Shown here: piece by piece, positions 34,080-38,971 of the stretch | How positions within the stretch are numbered: position 1 is the stretch's first letter | How the letters are laid out: every line of letters begins with the position of its first letter | Origin: Catajapyx aquilonaris | Taxonomy: Eukaryota | Direction: 5' to 3' | NCBI GenBank assembly: GCA_000934665.2 | Contig: KZ538003.1 | Coordinates: 124,001-162,971 of the forward strand | Length of the DNA: 38,971 nucleotides | Translations under genes and position numbers: made by a program | Notes under the pieces: generated by a model | What the model saw: only the letters and a program-made list of their open reading frames with translations | Databases searched by the model: none | Told to the model about the DNA's origin: nothing

Positions 34080-35906
34080 ATGGCTGCCTCACTCCCACAT
34101 CATCTGCCAGTCTCCTTTTACAATTGTAATGGTGATGATTGTTCACATGAGTCTACCTCAGAGAGTGAGGAAACATCAGATGGAACAAAGATGGGGATTA
34201 GCATCCGTGACTCTCATCGTTTCAACATGTTGCACCAACAAGACAACTTCCGGGACTCCTCAATTTGCTGTGATGTTGAACTGATATGTGAGGATGGGAT
34301 TTCCCTTAAGGCTCACCGAGTGGTACTTGCAGCGTCGAGTCCCTATTTCAAGGCCATGTTTTCTGGGGGGCTGGCGGAAGAGAGGCAGTCTCAGGTTCCC
34401 ATCCATGGGGTATCATCTGCAACCCTGAAGATTCTGGTTGATTGTGTGTATACGGGACAAATGGAGAGGTTGTGTCAAGATAATGTGGAGAAGGTGGCCG
34501 TGGCAGCCAACATGCTTCAGATACACACAGCTGAAGCCTTGTGCACCAAGTTCATGAGTGAACATTTGGACAAGTCCAATGCAATTGGTGTGCACAGATT
34601 TGCCACTGCATGCAACTACAACAATTTGGCAAATTCGGCGTCCAGATATATTGAGGACAACTTGATGGCTGTATGTACAGCTGAAGAGTTTATGGATCTG
34701 TCACCGATGGATCTCCCGAAGTACTTGAGAAGCTCCAAAATAAACTGCCATAGGGAGGGAAAACTCTTGAGAGCTGTGATCGCCTGGATTGAAAAGTCAA
34801 TAGAGGAGAGGAGGATTTATGTGCATACACTGTTGAAGCTTGTAAACTTTTCAATTATGCCATACATGAGTTCCATTTCTGATACCATATGCAATGATGC
34901 TGCCCTGAAAAGGATTGTGAAGCTTAAGTTTGAAGATGCAGGAAAGAACTGTTCAGGAGAATCAGTGGCAAAAGAAAGATCTGGGATGACTACTGTCATA
35001 TATGTTGTTGGAGGATGGGGGTGTGTCAACAGGCGAGAAAAGGGCGGAATGGATTTTATGGAATCTGCGACTGTAAGGTTTTTTAACGTGGGTTGCGGCA
35101 AGTGGCACAAGGCAGAGGGTGTACGGCCTGGTGTTAGTCGACACTTTGATGGCATTGCTGCCATTGGATCTACTTTTTACCTGGTAGGTGGTCTCAGTAA
35201 GGAATGTGAAGTGTTGGACTCATATGAGTTCTTCAACACAAGTGATGAAACTTGGTTTAAGGCTGAAGGCAGACTGAAAGTTGGACGTTTTGTATTTGGT
35301 CTGCAAGAATTCAATGGCTGCTTATATGCATTTGGTGGGAGAAGTGATCATGAAACTATCCTTGGGAGCATTGAAAAGCTTGATCCCAAGAAAGGTGAAT
35401 GGGATGTGATTGGCCACATGCCCAAAGCTAGGTGTTGGATGAAAGTTGTGTCTTATGGAGGTCTTATTTATGTGATAGGTGGATTGGGTGATTCAGGGCT
35501 TTGGTTGAATGACTTTATGTCTTACAATCCAGAAACAAATGAGTGGAATCAACTGGCTCCCTGGTTGAATCCACGAAAGTACATAGGAGTTGCTGTCCTT
35601 GATGGATACTTGTATGTTGTGGGTGGAAGCCCATGTGTAGCTGGGGAAAACACACCTTCAGATACAGTGGACAGGTATTCTTTTGAAAAAAACGAGTGGA
35701 CAATGGTCACTCCTTTGAAGCAGGGGGTCAGGAGCCCAGGGGTGGCAGCTGCGAATGGCTGCTTGTTTGTTTTTGGTGGACAAGCGAGACATGTGGGGAT
35801 TATTTCCGACAGTGTGTATTATGATCCCAAGACAGGTGAATGGCACTCCGGGATATCAATGCCAAAACCCCGAATCTGGTGTCAACCAATTACATTACAA
35901 TTTTGA
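34080..35906 (+). CDS. Kelch-like protein (BTB-BACK-Kelch), 608 aa from first ATG, intronless CDS
   Basis: BTB motif CDVELICEDGISLKAHRVVLAASSPYFKAMFSGGLAE; BACK region NAIGVHRFA...EEFMDLS; six Kelch repeats (IYVVGG, FYLVGG, LYAFGG, IYVIGG, LYVVGG, LFVFGG with YDP...W ends); candidate AATAAA 36530-36535. Confidence 0.93.
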   Translation: MAASLPHHLPVSFYNCNGDDCSHESTSESEETSDGTKMGISIRDSHRFNMLHQQDNFRDSSICCDVELICEDGISLKAHRVVLAASSPYFKAMFSGGLAEERQSQVPIHGVSSATLKILVDCVYTGQMERLCQDNVEKVAVAANMLQIHTAEALCTKFMSEHLDKSNAIGVHRFATACNYNNLANSASRYIEDNLMAVCTAEEFMDLSPMDLPKYLRSSKINCHREGKLLRAVIAWIEKSIEERRIYVHTLLKLVNFSIMPYMSSISDTICNDAALKRIVKLKFEDAGKNCSGESVAKERSGMTTVIYVVGGWGCVNRREKGGMDFMESATVRFFNVGCGKWHKAEGVRPGVSRHFDGIAAIGSTFYLVGGLSKECEVLDSYEFFNTSDETWFKAEGRLKVGRFVFGLQEFNGCLYAFGGRSDHETILGSIEKLDPKKGEWDVIGHMPKARCWMKVVSYGGLIYVIGGLGDSGLWLNDFMSYNPETNEWNQLAPWLNPRKYIGVAVLDGYLYVVGGSPCVAGENTPSDTVDRYSFEKNEWTMVTPLKQGVRSPGVAAANGCLFVFGGQARHVGIISDSVYYDPKTGEWHSGISMPKPRIWCQPITLQF

Positions 35907-36083
35907 TGTAAAAATGGGTTAATGAAGTCGTGATTTTTTCCATCTCACAATAATGTAATGAGATGATAATGTAAGTTCACAGGAGGAATCACTGGTTGTT
36001 TTTTTTCCCCCAAGCCACTATTTTAGTAGGTAGTGATTTAAAAAGTTTACAACTCATTACTTGTTTTGTTGCAATGGTGGCAA

Positions 36084-36321
36084 AGTGGTGTTGGATCATT
36101 AATGAAGTATCATACTTTGTCAGTGCAGCTGGTTTTTGCAGAGAAAATATGTTGGAAGATATTTGGTTTAATGATTAAATCAAATTATCTCCCAAAGTAT
36201 TTTTTATCTGCGTAAACCAGCTGCACTGACAAAATATGATAGGCCTACTTCATTAATGATCCAAGACCACTCATATTTCTTACTGATGTCACACATTAAA
36301 CTTCAGCGTGTGACATCAGTG
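36084..36321. repeat. About 190-bp imperfect palindrome plus an adjacent small hairpin in the predicted Kelch 3-prime UTR
   Basis: TTGGATCATTAATGAAGTA and TTTGTCAGTGCAGCTGGTTT mirror AAACCAGCTGCACTGACAAA and TACTTCATTAATGATCCAA (36084-36271); second stem ACTGATGTCACAC / GTGTGACATCAGT (36282-36320). Confidence 0.88.
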
Positions 36322-36677
36322 AGGATATTCCTCAAAGCCATCACCACAATGTCCTTTTTTTTTGCATTACTTAAGAAGAAGGCTTGAATCAACTGGTCAG
36401 ATGTAATTTCAGTACCTATTTTTAATCAGTGGATTAATGAGAAATGTCAGTTTGTACCCTCTAATGTTAAGGAGAAATAATTAATGCTTCTCATGTTGTA
36501 ACTGGAATTCTGGATATTATTAACCTAGAAATAAATAATTGTTTTTTCCGCATTAATCAGAGATCAATTATTTCTGTACCTCTTTACAAGCACTGATAAA
36601 ACGCCATACACTTTTCATCGTTGATAGGAATGCGCCCGGGACTGTCAATTTACATGTTCCAACTTGACTTGTTTCAC

Positions 36678-36719
36678 TGCGCATGCGTTCCCAATTCCGA
36701 TTGGCTGGGAGGTGATTGG
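36678..36719 (+). promoter_or_regulatory. Housekeeping-type promoter motifs of UBL7
   Basis: NRF-1/Ewg-like TGCGCATGCG at 36678-36687; CCAAT at 36691; reverse CCAAT (ATTGG) at 36700 and 36715; all about 80-120 bp upstream of the ATG. Confidence 0.55.
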
Positions 36720-36799
36720 TCGACACCAGCGCCGCCAAACGGGTGCCTTTACAAGAATCGTAGTAGATATCTCGTGTAAACATTGCAGAACTGAATAGA

Positions 36800-38479
36800 A
36801 TGGCGAGTGTTTTGCTGGGTGTTCATCTGCCCCTGGGCCAGTTCCGCCCCTGCCGTCTGCCCGGGGTCGAGCTCTCAGGGAAGGTGCAGGCCCTGAAGAC
36901 CGCCGCGGCCGAGAAGCTGGGCCTGCAGCTGCCAGAGTTCGGTGAGAAACACTCGCCTGTTTGTTTGCAAAGTCATTGTCAACAGAATCATGGTTGCTCA
37001 ATATTTGGAACGCACTTTCCAGAGTTGATGTACTGTGGGAACATCCTGACCGACGAGGCTACTCTGTCGTCCTGTGGGATTAAGGATGGGGTCATGGTGC
37101 ATGTGCTGAAAAAGAAACAGCCTGGTAGGTGTTGTAGGTGGACCGCTGTTATTAACTTGATGACTGATGATGTTGAATTAATATAGATCCACCACCGAAG
37201 CCAAGAGAAGTGAGTGAGACGGAGCTGGTTCAACTTGTGTTTGCATTCCGTACCATGCTCCTCGGCTCATCTTTCCGCAGCACCATGCAGGTATGCTGTT
37301 GTTATAGGTTAGGCCCGTGAGGTGGCAACAGACCGTTGAATGCCCAGTGCAAATAATACCTTTTCTAGAAATTCAGCCGGCCTGATGTCCTGGAGAACTT
37401 GAAGGCATCCACGCCAGGTCTTGCCGAGGACCCTGTTGCCTTAGCGATGGTGCAGGATCCAGAGCTGATGTCCCATATGGCTGACATGGACACGGTTAAG
37501 CGACTTTCAGAGCTGCATCCATCCTTGGTGGAGGCAGCCAATCATTTTGCTGCGTCCGTGCACAGTGAGCAGCAGAGTGGGTCAGGAGGTGCTTCAGGAA
37601 GTGGGGGTTCCGCAGGAGGTGGTGCAAACTTGACCGGGTATTCGTACTCTCTTGATGCCCTGAGTGATGATGACGAAATGGATTCCTCGCAGGTAAGTCG
37701 AGATATTGGCACTTACCTTCGTACACTTGCATGTGCCATGTACCTAAATTGGCTAGTGGTACATATGCTGCCTTTTACATGTGACCTAACAATTTCATTA
37801 TGTTTAGGGTTCCGATTCAGTGCGTCAAGGAGCAGGACAGGCTGGTGGGATGATAACCCAAGCGCAATTAGCCGCTGCTCTAGCTGCTGCTACAGGTAAC
37901 TAGCCATCATGTTGAATCCATGCTTTTTAAATTATTGCTGTCTGGTAATGAAATTGGACAGCTTCTCATCTCTAATTAACCTATTTGTTTTTTAGATTGG
38001 AAATGCTATCATTGCAAATGCATTACATTTCAATGTTGATGTTGGTGTGGTCTCACTTGATGGAGGTTTCATTGCCTTTGTTGTAATTCATCTAATTGTT
38101 TAGGTTCTCCATCCACGAGCAATTCCGGGTCTGCAGCTTTGTCTCGAGGACGGATGATAACACCTGAAATGGTGAGCAACGCCATGCAGCAAGCAGTTGC
38201 CAGCATTAGCACAACCAATGTCAATTCACAGGTAGGTCCACTTCGTCGCCCAGAATTAAGAGACTAGTAATATTTGTGCAATGACAGGTACTTAGTCAAG
38301 CTGAGGCTGCAACCAGACAGCTGATATTAAGCCAACTGCAGCAAATGAGGGAGCTGGGGATTGTTGATGATGCGCTCAGTCTCAGGGCTCTTGAAGCCAC
38401 CGATGGAGACGTTCAGGCCGCAGTGGAGTTGGTTTTCAGTGGATGGATTGGAGAAGATCCAGGGAGTTCCAACCACTGA
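36800..38479 (+). CDS. UBL7: Ubiquitin-like protein 7 (N-terminal UBL, C-terminal UBA), 359 aa
   Basis: Exons 36800-36941, 37023-37124, 37187-37290, 37369-37692, 37808-37895, 38104-38231, 38288-38479 sum to 1080 nt, all GT-AG and in frame. UBL ELMYCGNILTDEATLSSCGIKDGVMVHVLKK; central TPGLAEDPVALAMVQDPEL, LDALSDDDE and ITQAQLAAALA; UBA QLQQMRELGIVDDALSLRALEATDGDVQAAVELVF; AATAAA 38707-38712. Confidence 0.9.
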
Positions 38480-38876
38480 CCACCCTTGTGATTTTTCCTA
38501 CATTGATGACTCAGTACAATTATACCCTCTAATCCTCTACTGAAGTTACTCATTTGATTTATTTAATAACGTTACACGTTTTATGTTGTTATTGTTCATT
38601 GAAACATGGCTGGGCTGGGCTGAGCTCTATACAGTGCCAACCATAATAGACTTGCAAGTTTCATGCTGACAAGCAATGATTTTGTGAAATCCATGAGAAA
38701 CTATGAAATAAACAAGCCCAGTGCATTATGCCAAAAGGTAACACCTTTGCACATTATCATTACAGTGAGTTATGGAAGGCTGGGGTAAAGGAGTACGAGG
38801 AGTTACATTAATTTAGAACCTGCTCACATCAGAGTCTGAATAACCTGGCATGAATGTGAAGTCAGGTTCCACTGTA

Positions 38877-38971
38877 CGAGGGTCGTCCAGTAAGTTCTGA
38901 GCCTGATGTTGAAAGACATGTTTGATGGTCAAAATTTTATTAAGACTCTTCGACGTAGTCACCTTGAACCA
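38877..38971 (-). mobile_element. 3-prime end of a mariner element (continues beyond window)
   Basis: TA|CGAGGGTCGTCCAGTAAGTTCTGAG mariner-like TIR; minus strand 38971-38940 encodes VQGDYVEES-stop, the typical mariner transposase C-terminus. Confidence 0.78.

Overview
Eukaryotic, arthropod-type genomic DNA (spliceosomal introns, AT-rich, two short N gaps in homopolymer runs). Bases 1-31740 hold a head-to-tail, plus-strand tandem array of takeout/juvenile-hormone-binding-protein (JHBP) family genes with a shared six-exon structure. I label them T0-T9: one partial copy at the window edge, seven apparently intact copies of about 255 aa, two pseudogenes, plus an orphan promoter relic. Intron 2 uses a GC donor in seven of the eight copies that retain it. 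A secreted fibrinogen-related protein gene lies antisense inside the array and carries a near-perfect 37-bp-stem hairpin in its first coding exon. Downstream are an intronless BTB-BACK-Kelch gene and a seven-exon UBL7 gene. Non-autonomous mobile DNA is abundant: a 2.1-kb almost fully palindromic foldback element with Academ-type ends (TAG...CTA, 3-bp AGA target duplication), a Kolobok-type element (TTAA), several MITEs, mariner remnants, a tRNA-derived SINE and a possible Helitron. The array's duplication history is partly readable, including a tandem-duplication junction near 28910. I see no demonstrable new biological system. The best leads are the foldback element, the coding-exon hairpin, and the diversifying takeout array with its conserved GC-AG intron. 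All calls come from reading the sequence by eye; no searches were run.
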